From positions 393,471 through 457,470 of the forward strand of contig JAJYMK010000003.1 of assembly GCA_021786945.1 (NCBI GenBank): a DNA stretch of 64,000 nt. Reading direction: 5' to 3'. The notes beneath the pieces were generated by a model that ran no database searches, was not told where the DNA came from, and saw nothing but the letters and a program-made list of their open reading frames with translations. Positions 49,920-59,183 of the stretch are shown here, in pieces (within the stretch, counting starts at the first letter, position 1; every line of letters begins with the position of its first letter). Origin of the DNA: a bacterium (lineage in GTDB: Bacteria; Patescibacteriota; Minisyncoccia; UBA6257; 02-FULL-45-10c). A program made the position numbers and the translations under genes.

Positions 49920-50369
49920 CTAATCGTTTTTCTTGGTACCGGGAAGTACGAAGATTGCCGACTGAGGTTTACCGGTCTCGATGATCTTTTTAAGATCAAT
50001 CACCGGCCTAACCTTGCCTAGAAATTCTTCTTTATAAATATCCGAGTGAAGAATTATTTTTTCGCCCTCGGCTCTTTTTACGCCCAGGCCATTTAAAGCC
50101 TTACCATAACCGCCAAACCAGACGAAATCGTCCAGTGATAAAGTTCGGAATCCACGCCTCGAATATTCTCTTTCCCACCTGGCCCACCCCCAGAACATAT
50201 TATCAAACCCAAGCGGCTCTCCGAAATAAAGATAACTCACACCATCGCCAAACCTGGCGCCGGCCTCGATATAATTCATTTCCGCTTCTTTATCGGAAAG
50301 ACTTTTTAACCAAAGCATATAAAGCCAGTCAAAAGCTTCACCGAGCCTTCTTTTCAGTTTTTTCATCAT
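49920..50369 (-). CDS. Orphan hypothetical protein
   Basis: ORF with GGGAGGA SD before MMKKL; terminator at 49878-49915. Confidence 0.65.
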   Translation of the reverse strand: MMKKLKRRLGEAFDWLYMLWLKSLSDKEAEMNYIEAGARFGDGVSYLYFGEPLGFDNMFWGWARWEREYSRRGFRTLSLDDFVWFGGYGKALNGLGVKRAEGEKIILHSDIYKEEFLGKVRPVIDLKKIIETGKPQSAIFVLPGTKKND

Positions 50370-50442
50370 GCTTCCTCCCAAATAATTTTTAAATAACTAA
50401 ATAAAAGATACTCCTTAGATTGAGTAAAAGTCAAAATAAAAG

Positions 50443-50513
50443 TGGACCTAGGCGGAATCGAACCGCCGTCTCAGCAATGCGAATGCCGTGTTCTACCACT
50501 AGACTATAGGCCC
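50443..50513 (-). tRNA. tRNA-Ala(CGC)
   Basis: GGGCCTA...TAGGTCCA with G3-U70, anticodon loop TTCGCAT. Confidence 0.94.
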
Positions 50514-50588
50514 ATCTGCTTCATATATAATAAAAAAAATAAACGGAAAACAAAAGCCCTCTTTTCAAGAGGGCTTTTGAATTGCGAT

Positions 50589-51617
50589 TTATTTCCAAAT
50601 TCCGCTTTCGTAAAAAAATAAAATAAAATATCCAACTAATAAAATAAGCCACCCAGCCGCCTGAATCAAGTCAAGTAATTGAGCACTGGACATACTAAAG
50701 TTTTCCGCGGCAATAGTGTAAACATCTTCCAAAGAATCCAGCTTTTCTTTTACACTTTTGTGCCAAGCATCAAATTTAAATTTCTTCGAAAGCAAGTCAT
50801 AAACCCTGGCAGAATACCAGTCACCTATTAGTTTGATATCTTTATCTAAAGCTTCGAATTGGGAAATTGACTGAGTTCTTATTCTAATAACCTCTCTAAA
50901 TGCATTAGCCATATCTTTATTCCTAAAAATTCTTGTCCAAATCCCCTTCTTTTCATCAGTTTGAATAAGCTTATAAACTTTTTTAAGTCTTTCATCCAAG
51001 TCTTCGTCTAAGGCGCGGTATCTAAGCAACTGAAAATTAGCCAGCTGCAAAAGATCAATAGAATCATCGAAATCACCCTTAGGGTCAAATAAAAATGCCC
51101 CATCCCAATCTAAAATAATCAAGTCATCCTTAGCATATTTAAACTGGAAAGAAAGTGTATATTCAATTTCTTTTTCATCGAGTTCTAATTTTTCGGATTT
51201 CAAAAGAGATGCTATTTTATTTCCGTGTTTTTTAATAAACAGCTCCGGGTCACCGGAATAATCGGAAATTTGATGAACAGTGAACTCCTCTCCCGTTTCA
51301 ATTCTAGCACCGCTTCTTTTACCGTAATCAATGCAAGCGTCCAAAAGCTTATCTTTTAATTCAAGAATTTCTTCGGAAAATATATCCGGCACCTCAATGG
51401 TTCCTTCGATCATTAAAGCATCGGAATAATAACTTTTAAGGATCAGTTCAACTTCATAATTCTTAACCTTAACTTTTTCTTTTCCAATAACTATCTGAGG
51501 CGGCATTGATTTCGCCAAATAATGCGGACTGCTTTTAAGTGGTACTGGCGCCGGCATCTCCTTACCCTTTTTAGCTTTATTTATTTCTGCCACTACAAAC
51601 GATGTAATTTTATGCAT
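50589..51617 (-). CDS. Hypothetical protein, RMD1/CorA-like architecture
   Basis: DWDGA, LAN.QLL.YR.LD and GDWYSARVY segments, coiled region and C-terminal TM. Confidence 0.55.
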   Translation of the reverse strand: MHKITSFVVAEINKAKKGKEMPAPVPLKSSPHYLAKSMPPQIVIGKEKVKVKNYEVELILKSYYSDALMIEGTIEVPDIFSEEILELKDKLLDACIDYGKRSGARIETGEEFTVHQISDYSGDPELFIKKHGNKIASLLKSEKLELDEKEIEYTLSFQFKYAKDDLIILDWDGAFLFDPKGDFDDSIDLLQLANFQLLRYRALDEDLDERLKKVYKLIQTDEKKGIWTRIFRNKDMANAFREVIRIRTQSISQFEALDKDIKLIGDWYSARVYDLLSKKFKFDAWHKSVKEKLDSLEDVYTIAAENFSMSSAQLLDLIQAAGWLILLVGYFILFFYESGIWK

Positions 51618-51628
51618 ATATCAAAAAA

Positions 51629-51847
51629 TTAATTTATTTCTACGACCTTATTCGATGAAGTTATTCCGCTTACTATTTTTATCCGCCATGAGGCTATATC
51701 CAGATTTTCAGCCAAAGCTTTTATTACAGCTTCATTCGCTTTGCCTTCCACCGGCGCCTCTTTCACTCTTACCAAAAAATTGCCTTCATCCAATTTTTCA
51801 ACACCCGGTTTTTTTGACCGTGTTTTAACTTTTACGGAAAACCTCAT
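51629..51847 (-). CDS. DUF167 (YggU-like) protein
   Basis: V.VK, PVEGKAN.A....LA, I.SG.TS..K. Confidence 0.9.
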   Translation of the reverse strand: MRFSVKVKTRSKKPGVEKLDEGNFLVRVKEAPVEGKANEAVIKALAENLDIASWRIKIVSGITSSNKVVEIN

Positions 51848-51929
51848 AAATTTTATAAGTAAAAATCTTTATAAGCGGCACACAAAGAAAAAATCTTCCC
51901 TGCGCCGCCCGTTAAAAATATTTACAAAA

Positions 51930-52142
51930 TTACTTTCTGGCAAACTTCATCATTACAACGGCTACATATACAGCCGATACTCCAACCAACAAATAAACTA
52001 ATTGGGCTAATACCGGCATAAAACCTAAAAGCAGCATTACCAAGTCATAGCTCGGGTTAATACCTACCAAACCCCAATTCAAACCGCCTACAATTACCAA
52101 GATTAAAGCGATTTTATCCAATAAAGTTAATTCTTTAACCAT
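51930..52142 (-). CDS. DUF378 membrane protein
   Basis: L.IVGGLNWGLVG...DLV...VYLLVG.SA. Confidence 0.92.
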   Translation of the reverse strand: MVKELTLLDKIALILVIVGGLNWGLVGINPSYDLVMLLLGFMPVLAQLVYLLVGVSAVYVAVVMMKFARK

Positions 52143-52266
52143 TGATTTAAAAAATTAATTAATAAGCGACCTTTTCCCGCTTATTTTGCGGTACCTCTTA
52201 ATTTTACCATACCTATAAAACCCTCCAAACCTCCTAAAAACAAAATAAAATCCGCCTCTTGGCGGA

Positions 52267-52959
52267 TTAAATTTTTATATTTTTTACAAATTCCGGCAAT
52301 TTTTCTTCGGATATCGAATCTTCTTTTCTGAAATCCCCCACCCTCGTCCTTTCCAAAAAAGAAAGATAGCCGCCGGTACCCAATTTTTTGCCTATATCCC
52401 TGGCCAGAGAACGGATATAAACACCTGGGCCGGTCACAATCCTAATTTTCAATTTTGGCCAGACGTATTCCAAGAGCTCGATGCTTTTTATTTCTACATC
52501 TCTAGGTTCCATTTCCACCACCTGGCCACTACGGGCATATTTATAAGCTTCTTTTCCGGAAACTTTAATAGCGCTATAAATCGGGGGAAGTTGTTTTATC
52601 TTCCCAATAAAATCCTTAAAAGAATTTTTTACATCTTCGGTTGTCGGCTCGTCCTGAGTCTGTCGAAGGATTTTTTCTCTTTCAACTTCGTTCAAGATAA
52701 GTCCTTCGGCGTCGTCCGTTGCGCTTTCAAATCCCAAAGTTATTTCCGCAATATATTCTTTTTCTTTTTTTACCACCTCATTTATGGTTTTGGTGGCTTC
52801 CCTGCCAACTGCTATAACCAAAACTCCCTGAGCCAAAGGATCCAATGTACCGGCGTGCCCGATCTTTACTCCGCGGACGCCAATTAGCCGCTTCACCATT
52901 TGCACGGCGTCGTTGGAAGTAATTCCTTTTGGTTTATAAAAAGCGAAAATATTGGGCAT
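52267..52959 (-). CDS. truB: tRNA pseudouridine(55) synthase (no C-terminal PUA domain)
   Basis: KPKG.TS, GHAGTLDP.A.GVL, PPIYSAIK..G, GVYIRSLARDIG. Confidence 0.96.
   Translation of the reverse strand: MPNIFAFYKPKGITSNDAVQMVKRLIGVRGVKIGHAGTLDPLAQGVLVIAVGREATKTINEVVKKEKEYIAEITLGFESATDDAEGLILNEVEREKILRQTQDEPTTEDVKNSFKDFIGKIKQLPPIYSAIKVSGKEAYKYARSGQVVEMEPRDVEIKSIELLEYVWPKLKIRIVTGPGVYIRSLARDIGKKLGTGGYLSFLERTRVGDFRKEDSISEEKLPEFVKNIKI
52646..52704. repeat. REP-like imperfect palindrome inside truB
   Basis: CTCGTCCTGAGTCTGTCGAAGGA ... TCTTTCAACTTCGTTCAAGATAAG; encodes LILNEVEREKILRQTQDE. Confidence 0.6.
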
Positions 52960-52962
52960 AAA

Positions 52963-54030
52963 TTAAATTATCAGCATTCCGTCCCCGAAAGAAAAGAACC
53001 TGAATTTTTTAGAAATAGCTTTTTTGTATATATTCAAAATATTTTTTCTGCCAACAAAAGCCGAAACTAACATAAGTAAACTTGATTTGGGGACGTGAAA
53101 ATTTGTAATCAGGCTATCTACAAATCTGAATTTGTATCCTTCTTTTATAAAAATATCTGTGTTGCCGCTCAATTTCTTTATTTTTCCCGATTTATCCGAA
53201 GCCGATTCCAGCGTACGCACAACTGTGGTGCCAACCGCAACGATGGGCTTATTTTCTTTTTTAGCTTTATTCAAAATATCTGCCGACTTTCTGCTTATTT
53301 CAAAATACTCGGTATGAAGTTTTGATTTTTTAAATAAATCCTCGGATAACGGCGAAAAAGTTCCCAGATTCACATGCAGCGTGGTAAAAACAAGTTGTAT
53401 TCCGGATTTTTTAAGTCCGGCCAAAAGCTTTTTTGTGAAATGAAGCGATGCTGTCGGAGCGGCCACCGATCCTTTACGATCGGCAAAAACCGTCTGATAT
53501 TCTTTTCTTAATTGCTTTTCAGAGAGAGGAATATTTTTAATATACGGTGGAATAGGAGTTATTCCGTATTTTTCCAAAACTTCAAAAGTTTTATTTACGG
53601 AAAAAGAAGGCTTCAAAAAATAATGTCCGCCGACTTTATGTCTAACAATAAAAAATATCTTAGAATCAATCTCTATTTTTGAGCCGATATCCAAATTCCT
53701 GTCCGACAAAAATTCCAGCAAATTTCCCTTTTTACCCCCGCACCTACTAGTTAGGTGAGGGGGTGTATCTATATACAAAATTCTAGCTAAACCGCCGGTC
53801 GGTTTTTTCACAACCAAGCGCGCCGGTAAAACACGGGTATCATTTAAAACCAAAACTGAATTCTTGGATAAATACTTGCCTAAATTTTTAAAAGTATCAA
53901 AAAATACCTGTTTTGTTTTTCTTTTATATACCAAAAGCTTGGCGCTGTCCCTAGGACTAGCCGGTTTTTTGGCGATCAATTCATTGGGCAATGAATAATC
54001 ATAAAGTTTTAAAAACTTATCAAAATCCAT
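52963..54030 (-). CDS. queA: S-adenosylmethionine:tRNA ribosyltransferase-isomerase
   Basis: PIPPYI, YQTVFA, GSVAAPTASLHFT, VGTTVVRTLES, TNFHVP.SSL, FFSFGDGM. Confidence 0.97.
   Translation of the reverse strand: MDFDKFLKLYDYSLPNELIAKKPASPRDSAKLLVYKRKTKQVFFDTFKNLGKYLSKNSVLVLNDTRVLPARLVVKKPTGGLARILYIDTPPHLTSRCGGKKGNLLEFLSDRNLDIGSKIEIDSKIFFIVRHKVGGHYFLKPSFSVNKTFEVLEKYGITPIPPYIKNIPLSEKQLRKEYQTVFADRKGSVAAPTASLHFTKKLLAGLKKSGIQLVFTTLHVNLGTFSPLSEDLFKKSKLHTEYFEISRKSADILNKAKKENKPIVAVGTTVVRTLESASDKSGKIKKLSGNTDIFIKEGYKFRFVDSLITNFHVPKSSLLMLVSAFVGRKNILNIYKKAISKKFRFFSFGDGMLII
53734..53764. repeat. 31-bp palindrome inside queA
   Basis: ACCCCCGCACCTA-CTAGT-TAGGTGAGGGGGT, encoding TPPHLTSRCGG; ends resemble the intergenic repeat at 63751-63812. 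Confidence 0.65.
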
Positions 54031-54032
54031 TT

Positions 54033-54467
54033 TTATTTTTTTAGCCCCGTCGATCCAAATCCACCCTCACCTCGCGACGTCTCGCTCAATTCTTCCACTT
54101 CTTCTATATCCACCTCTTCGTATCTGGCAATTACTGCCTGGGCTATTTTCTCCCCCTTCTTTACCTGATAGTCGTCTTTTGAAGAATTATAAAGAATAAC
54201 TTTCACCTCACCTCTGTATCCGCAATCAACGGTGCCTGGCGTATTCAAAACAGTCACGCCAAAGTTAGCAGCTAAACCCGATTTCGGCCTCACCTGTAAT
54301 TCAAATCCCATAGGAATTTCAAATTTCAATCCTGTGCCTATAAGCAATCTTTCTCCAGCTCGCAAAACAACGTCTTCAACGGAATATAAATCCATTCCGG
54401 CGTCGCCCTTATGAACATAATGCGGAATAACCGCATCTTTATTTATTTTTTGTATTTTTATTTTCAT
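54033..54467 (-). CDS. dut: dUTPase
   Basis: AGMDL, VRPKSGLA, PGTVD.GYRGE, IAQ, RGEGGFGSTG. Confidence 0.97.
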   Translation of the reverse strand: MKIKIQKINKDAVIPHYVHKGDAGMDLYSVEDVVLRAGERLLIGTGLKFEIPMGFELQVRPKSGLAANFGVTVLNTPGTVDCGYRGEVKVILYNSSKDDYQVKKGEKIAQAVIARYEEVDIEEVEELSETSRGEGGFGSTGLKK

Positions 54468-54479
54468 AATTTTATAAAA

Positions 54480-54860
54480 TTATCCAATTTCGCTGCCCGA
54501 ACTAATTTCTTTATCAGGGTTTAATAAAGCAATTCCAGAATCATCGCTTGCGGCCAAGACCATCCCATTGCTTTCCCAAACCACTTGCTCAATTTGTTCT
54601 TCAGATATTTTGTTTTTAATGGTAAATTTTCTTGGTTCCAGGTTTGCGACAATCGCTATTTGTTTACCTATCAAACTTTCCGGCTCATAGGCCTTTCCTA
54701 TGCCGGCAAGCACCTGCCTGGTTACTGGAGCGCCATCTTCCTTTTTATCTCCGGCATCCAAAATCAGTTTTATCAATTTATCCGATCCAGCCACCCGGCT
54801 GGCTTCCAAAACCTTAGCCACCCTTAATTCAACTTTAGAAAAATCATCGTAATTAATCAT
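54480..54860 (-). CDS. Stand-alone tRNA-binding OB-fold protein (Trbp111/MetRS C-terminal-like)
   Basis: I.YDDF.KVELRV, SDKL, RQV.AGI, NLEPRK...ESNGM.LA. Confidence 0.9.
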   Translation of the reverse strand: MINYDDFSKVELRVAKVLEASRVAGSDKLIKLILDAGDKKEDGAPVTRQVLAGIGKAYEPESLIGKQIAIVANLEPRKFTIKNKISEEQIEQVVWESNGMVLAASDDSGIALLNPDKEISSGSEIG

Positions 54861-54864
54861 AAAT

Positions 54865-55662
54865 TTATTTTAGCTTAATAGCTTCCAAGAACATAAATAT
54901 AGGAATTTCTTTTCTGATTTTATCTTCAGCTTTAGCTCTGGGACCATGTTGACTCTTTTTATGAGAATTCCATTCTTCAAGTCTATCCACAGCAAATCCA
55001 TTTTTTCCCAAAAGCTTGAAGTAATACTGAAGCGGTCTATGAAAAGAAATGGTCATTTCTGCTTTATTAGCCGGGACCCGTCCTGAGCTTGCCGAAGGAT
55101 GCATTTGTATTTCAATTTTAGATTCAGAAAGATACTGGTCCACCCTTCTGTATTGAGATTTATTTTTCTCATCCCATTCCCAACTACTCTGTTTCGGAAT
55201 ACGGAAAGCGGGATGATTCAAAACCAAAAATAATTTTCCGGATGGCTTCAAAATACGCTTGCACTCCCTAAAAACACCCGAAACATTATCGATATTTTGT
55301 ATAGCTAAAACTATGACTATTTTATCTAAAGAATTATCCTTTATAAAACTTAGATTATCCGCAGAAGAAACCTTGTAATCGATTTCTATTTTTTCTTCGC
55401 CGCCTATCTTCTCGGCCAAAGATATAAGCTCCCTAGAAATATCCACCCCCATTACTTTTGCGCCTAATTTATATAATTCCCGGCTAAAAAAACCCTGGCC
55501 ACAGGCTAAATCCAAAACCGCATCGCCCTTTTTAATATCCATTAAACGGACAAGATTCGGAAGTATCAATTCTTTCTGATATGTTCCCTCTTCTTTTTCC
55601 AATAAATCCGAATACCACTCGGCTACTCTTCCCCAGGATGTTTTTTGATTAACCTTCTTCAT
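54865..55662 (-). CDS. Class I SAM-dependent methyltransferase
   Basis: [25 protein letters not shown]. Start moved to MKKVN because the longer ORF overlaps tRNA-Pro. Confidence 0.9.
   Translation of the reverse strand: MKKVNQKTSWGRVAEWYSDLLEKEEGTYQKELILPNLVRLMDIKKGDAVLDLACGQGFFSRELYKLGAKVMGVDISRELISLAEKIGGEEKIEIDYKVSSADNLSFIKDNSLDKIVIVLAIQNIDNVSGVFRECKRILKPSGKLFLVLNHPAFRIPKQSSWEWDEKNKSQYRRVDQYLSESKIEIQMHPSASSGRVPANKAEMTISFHRPLQYYFKLLGKNGFAVDRLEEWNSHKKSQHGPRAKAEDKIRKEIPIFMFLEAIKLK
55077..55099. repeat. Single REP-like arm inside the methyltransferase gene
   Basis: CCCGTCCTGAGCTTGCCGAAGGA, nearly the same as the truB arm; encodes PSASSGR. Confidence 0.6.
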
Positions 55663-55677
55663 GAATTTTATAATCTG

Positions 55678-55748
55678 TCGGAGTGCTGGGAATCGAACCC
55701 AGGCCTCACGCACCCGAAACGTGTATACTACCACTATACGACACTCCG
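55678..55748 (-). tRNA. tRNA-Pro(CGG)
   Basis: CGGAGTG...CACTCCGA, anticodon loop TTCGGGT. Confidence 0.94.
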
Positions 55749-55789
55749 AAGTTTCTATAATATAATTATTATAGCAACGATTCAATAGT

Positions 55790-56485
55790 ATGGAAAAACA
55801 ACAACGAATAAAAAAAATAATAATAAAAAGAAAGGATGGATTTCTGACTGCTCTAGAAAAAAACTGGAGAGATTATCTTTTAAAACCATTAACCGATAAA
55901 TTCCTTAAATTTGGAATTACGGCAAACCAAATAACCTATCTGGGGTTCGGACTTATTTTTATTGCTATTTGCATGAACTTCGCAAAATTCGATCTTAGAT
56001 GGCAATTATCAATTCTTATCCTCGCCGCTTTATCAGACGCCATAGATGGCCCAACCGCCAGAAACAATGACAACGTCACAATAAAAGGAACTTGGCTCGA
56101 CCACACGAGAGATGGTCTATTGGCAGCTTGGGCGTCATATCTTATTTACTCATATAAATTATTAGGTTTAGAAATCTTAATTATAGTTTGGGCACTAGAA
56201 ATTCTACTATTTTGGATAAACATAAAAGATTTTTTAATCAAATATCTAAAAGTTGTAGATCACGAAGCAGATGTGTTGATAGAAAATTTTTCTCTCGATA
56301 ATTTACAAGCATCGGTAATTGGGAGGCTGCAATTTTTTTGTTGGATATTCGGCTACCTGCTTCTTCTGGCTAGTTTAATTATAAATATTCCGACTTTGGC
56401 TATTATAGGTGAAGCGGCTGTGATTCTGGAAATTATTTTTGCAGGACTAAACATTCTCGAAAGTTATCAAAAAACACTTATATAA
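55790..56485 (+). CDS. CDP-alcohol phosphatidyltransferase
   Basis: TAN.IT and D.IDG..AR......T..G..LD...D signature; multiple TMs. Confidence 0.88.
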   Translation: MEKQQRIKKIIIKRKDGFLTALEKNWRDYLLKPLTDKFLKFGITANQITYLGFGLIFIAICMNFAKFDLRWQLSILILAALSDAIDGPTARNNDNVTIKGTWLDHTRDGLLAAWASYLIYSYKLLGLEILIIVWALEILLFWINIKDFLIKYLKVVDHEADVLIENFSLDNLQASVIGRLQFFCWIFGYLLLLASLIINIPTLAIIGEAAVILEIIFAGLNILESYQKTLI

Positions 56486-56511
56486 AAACCGCCCATTGGG
56501 CGGTTTTTATT

Positions 56512-57975
56512 TTAAACAAAATATTTTTTCTTTATATCCTCTTCTATTTTGGTTTGGGCTTCATTAGCCGATTTTTTAGCAAATTTAGCCATCTCTCTTA
56601 ATTGTTCTTCTTTTAAAACCAACATCTGCTTCGCCCTATCCAATAAAATTTCTTTTTTATTTATCGCCGGATCATCCAAAACCTCTTCCAATAAAATTGC
56701 CAATATATATCCAATTTTAGGACTCGGAACTAGTCCGGTTTCTTTCATCAGATCATTTCCATCCAGCTGAAGCATTTTGGCGCTTATCGGATCATTGCTT
56801 ACTTTCTCAATCCTGAATTTAAGATGCCTCAGCCTGTACGGCTGGGCCTTGGGCACGCCCGAACCAATCCTGTCGGCTTCACGCAAAGAAAACAGGTCGT
56901 CCATATTTTCCGATCCAACGCGGCGCAACAATCTCCTGGCTCCCGCGTCGGTTACCGTTTCCGGATCATAAACAAACATATGTTCCCGTATAAGCCCAAC
57001 AACTTTTTCGGTAATTTCTTTTGAGAATTTCAATCTGTCCAAAATTTGAGCGGCCATCCTGGCTCCAATTACCTGATGTCCATAAAAAGTAGCGTCGGGA
57101 CCATTTCCTCTTTTACTTTTTGGTTTACCCACGTCATGAAGCAGGGCCGCCAGCCTGATTTCCAAAGAAAAATTCTTTTTCGCCGTATATTCCAAGGACT
57201 TCAGATTATGCTCAAATACAGTAAACACATGATGCTGATTCTGTGAAACGCCAACACCCTCCATAAGCTCCGGAACGACATATTTTAAAAGCCCCAGCTC
57301 CCTTAATTTATCTATTCCTCCGGCCGCATCATCGGCCATTAAAGTTTTTGAAAATTCATCGCGTATTCTTTCCCTGGAAATAAATTCCAAAAGTCCAGCA
57401 TGCTTTTTTATGGCATTTTCGGTTTCGCCTTCAATCTCAAAACCAAGCTGCGCCATAAAACGCACAGCCCTCATCATCCTCAGAGCATCTTCCTCAAATC
57501 TTTGTTCTGGATTTCCCACAGCTTTTATTATTTTTCTGCCCAAATCCTGGATTCCGCCAAAAGGATCTATAAGCTCAAATGGTTTTTCCAAATTTATCCT
57601 CAATGCCATTGCATTTACCGTGAAATCCCTGCGAGATAGGTCTTCCTCGATTGTATTTGCAAATCTCACTTCATCGGGATGCCTCTTGTCGGTATATTTA
57701 CCCTCCAATCTATAGGTTGTGATTTCTATAATTTTCAATTTCGGATCGGAAGACTCCGTCTTTACCCCAACGGTCCCAAAATTATTTTCATACACACTGT
57801 CGGGAAAAATTTTTTGTATATCTGCGGGTGTGGCATTAGTAGTTATATCCCAATCTTTAGGTTCTTTGCCCCGTAAAATATCACGCACACAACCCCCAAC
57901 AAGGCACGCCTCAAAACCGGCTTTCAGTAAAGCTTCCGTAACTTGTTTTATTTCGGTTTTTTCGATAGTCTGCAT
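56512..57975 (-). CDS. cca: CCA-adding tRNA nucleotidyltransferase with HD domain
   Basis: VGGCVRD......DWDI.T, DLSRRDFTVNA, EDALR..RA.RF, LLHDVGK. Confidence 0.92.
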   Translation of the reverse strand: MQTIEKTEIKQVTEALLKAGFEACLVGGCVRDILRGKEPKDWDITTNATPADIQKIFPDSVYENNFGTVGVKTESSDPKLKIIEITTYRLEGKYTDKRHPDEVRFANTIEEDLSRRDFTVNAMALRINLEKPFELIDPFGGIQDLGRKIIKAVGNPEQRFEEDALRMMRAVRFMAQLGFEIEGETENAIKKHAGLLEFISRERIRDEFSKTLMADDAAGGIDKLRELGLLKYVVPELMEGVGVSQNQHHVFTVFEHNLKSLEYTAKKNFSLEIRLAALLHDVGKPKSKRGNGPDATFYGHQVIGARMAAQILDRLKFSKEITEKVVGLIREHMFVYDPETVTDAGARRLLRRVGSENMDDLFSLREADRIGSGVPKAQPYRLRHLKFRIEKVSNDPISAKMLQLDGNDLMKETGLVPSPKIGYILAILLEEVLDDPAINKKEILLDRAKQMLVLKEEQLREMAKFAKKSANEAQTKIEEDIKKKYFV

Positions 57976-58037
57976 TGTTATAAAGATAACTTAATTATAT
58001 ACTGTTAAAATAATGGACTAAATAAAGTCCAACCAAT

Positions 58038-58109
58038 GCCCTTGTCGTTCAATGGATAGGATATCTGGCTTCGAACCAGAGGATGGGGGTTCGATTCCCT
58101 CCGGGGGCA
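58038..58109 (+). tRNA. tRNA-Arg(TCG)
   Basis: GCCCTTG...CGGGGGCA, anticodon arm TCTGG-CTTCGAA-CCAGA. Confidence 0.93.
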
Positions 58110-58167
58110 CATTAAAAATAGAGCGGCCAACCGCTTTATTTTTTTAAAAAAGATTTTTTAAGCTTCG

Positions 58168-58240
58168 TGCGCCCACAAGGGATCGAACCTTGGACCGTCT
58201 CCTTAAGAGGGAGCTGCTCTACCAGCTGAGCTATGGGCGC
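58168..58240 (-). tRNA. tRNA-Lys(CTT)
   Basis: GCGCCCA...TGGGCGCA, anticodon loop CTCTTAA. Confidence 0.94.
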
Positions 58241-58293
58241 ATCTTTAATCTATAAATATTAAATCAAAAACTGGTTAAATTCAACATTTTTAT

Positions 58294-59058
58294 CTATTCA
58301 TAATAACCTACTCTTCTCAACCAATAATCATTTTCCCACTCCCAAAGCTTCTTGGCACCCAAAAACGCCTGAAAATCAGACTTCCAAAAAGGAAATTCTT
58401 GCATTTCTACTACACCTCTTAAATCAGACCATTCATGCTCGTCATTTAAACACAGAGCCTTTAAGCCTTTTTTTATCTTATCTCTTCCGCCTTTTGGCCT
58501 AAGGGTGGCGCCGCAACGCAAACAGGTTTTATTCTGGTCTATCCTCAAAATCCACCTTGTTTCTAAAGACGGTATTTCGTCCAATAAAGCCTCAATATAA
58601 GCCGAAGTTTGTAAATTATAATCTCTATATATAGATTGTGATGTCTTTATGTCTAATACCCCAAATTTACCGTCAATCAAAGCAAGGGCGTCGATAGTTC
58701 CAGCATATTTATGAGTTGGATGAAAGATTCTTTTTTCTACCATATCCTTTTCCACATGAATATTTGTCTTATTAAGAAATTCAAAAAAAGCATCAACTGC
58801 AGGCTTTATTTTTTCTGGAATAGCCACGTCTTCTCCAACCATAATTTTTTCTACAGTCTCATGTATTAAAGTCCCCTCTTTAGCGGAAGTTTCAGTCATA
58901 GCTTTAGCGGCCTCATGGCTCGGCATATCGCCATAAAACTTATAAAGGGCGGGTTTAGATTTTATTTCAACAATCTTTGTAACGCGAGGATACCAAAAAC
59001 CATCTATTTCATAACCGCACTCCTCTTTAAAAGTTTTTTCATTTTTAAAATATGCCAT
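58294..59058 (-). CDS. PD-(D/E)XK-family exonuclease
   Basis: YPRVT.I, GT.IH..VE, E, YAGTIDA, LDIKTS, LQ.SAY. Confidence 0.85.
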   Translation of the reverse strand: MAYFKNEKTFKEECGYEIDGFWYPRVTKIVEIKSKPALYKFYGDMPSHEAAKAMTETSAKEGTLIHETVEKIMVGEDVAIPEKIKPAVDAFFEFLNKTNIHVEKDMVEKRIFHPTHKYAGTIDALALIDGKFGVLDIKTSQSIYRDYNLQTSAYIEALLDEIPSLETRWILRIDQNKTCLRCGATLRPKGGRDKIKKGLKALCLNDEHEWSDLRGVVEMQEFPFWKSDFQAFLGAKKLWEWENDYWLRRVGYYE

Positions 59059-59183
59059 ATGATATCAATATTTTTATTAATTAAAACCAAATGCTCCCAA
59101 AATAAAAGGTTTAAATATCATCCCTAAAATAAAAATAACCACAAACAAAACCACGTAAAACAAAAAAGGCCTTGCCATAAAAA

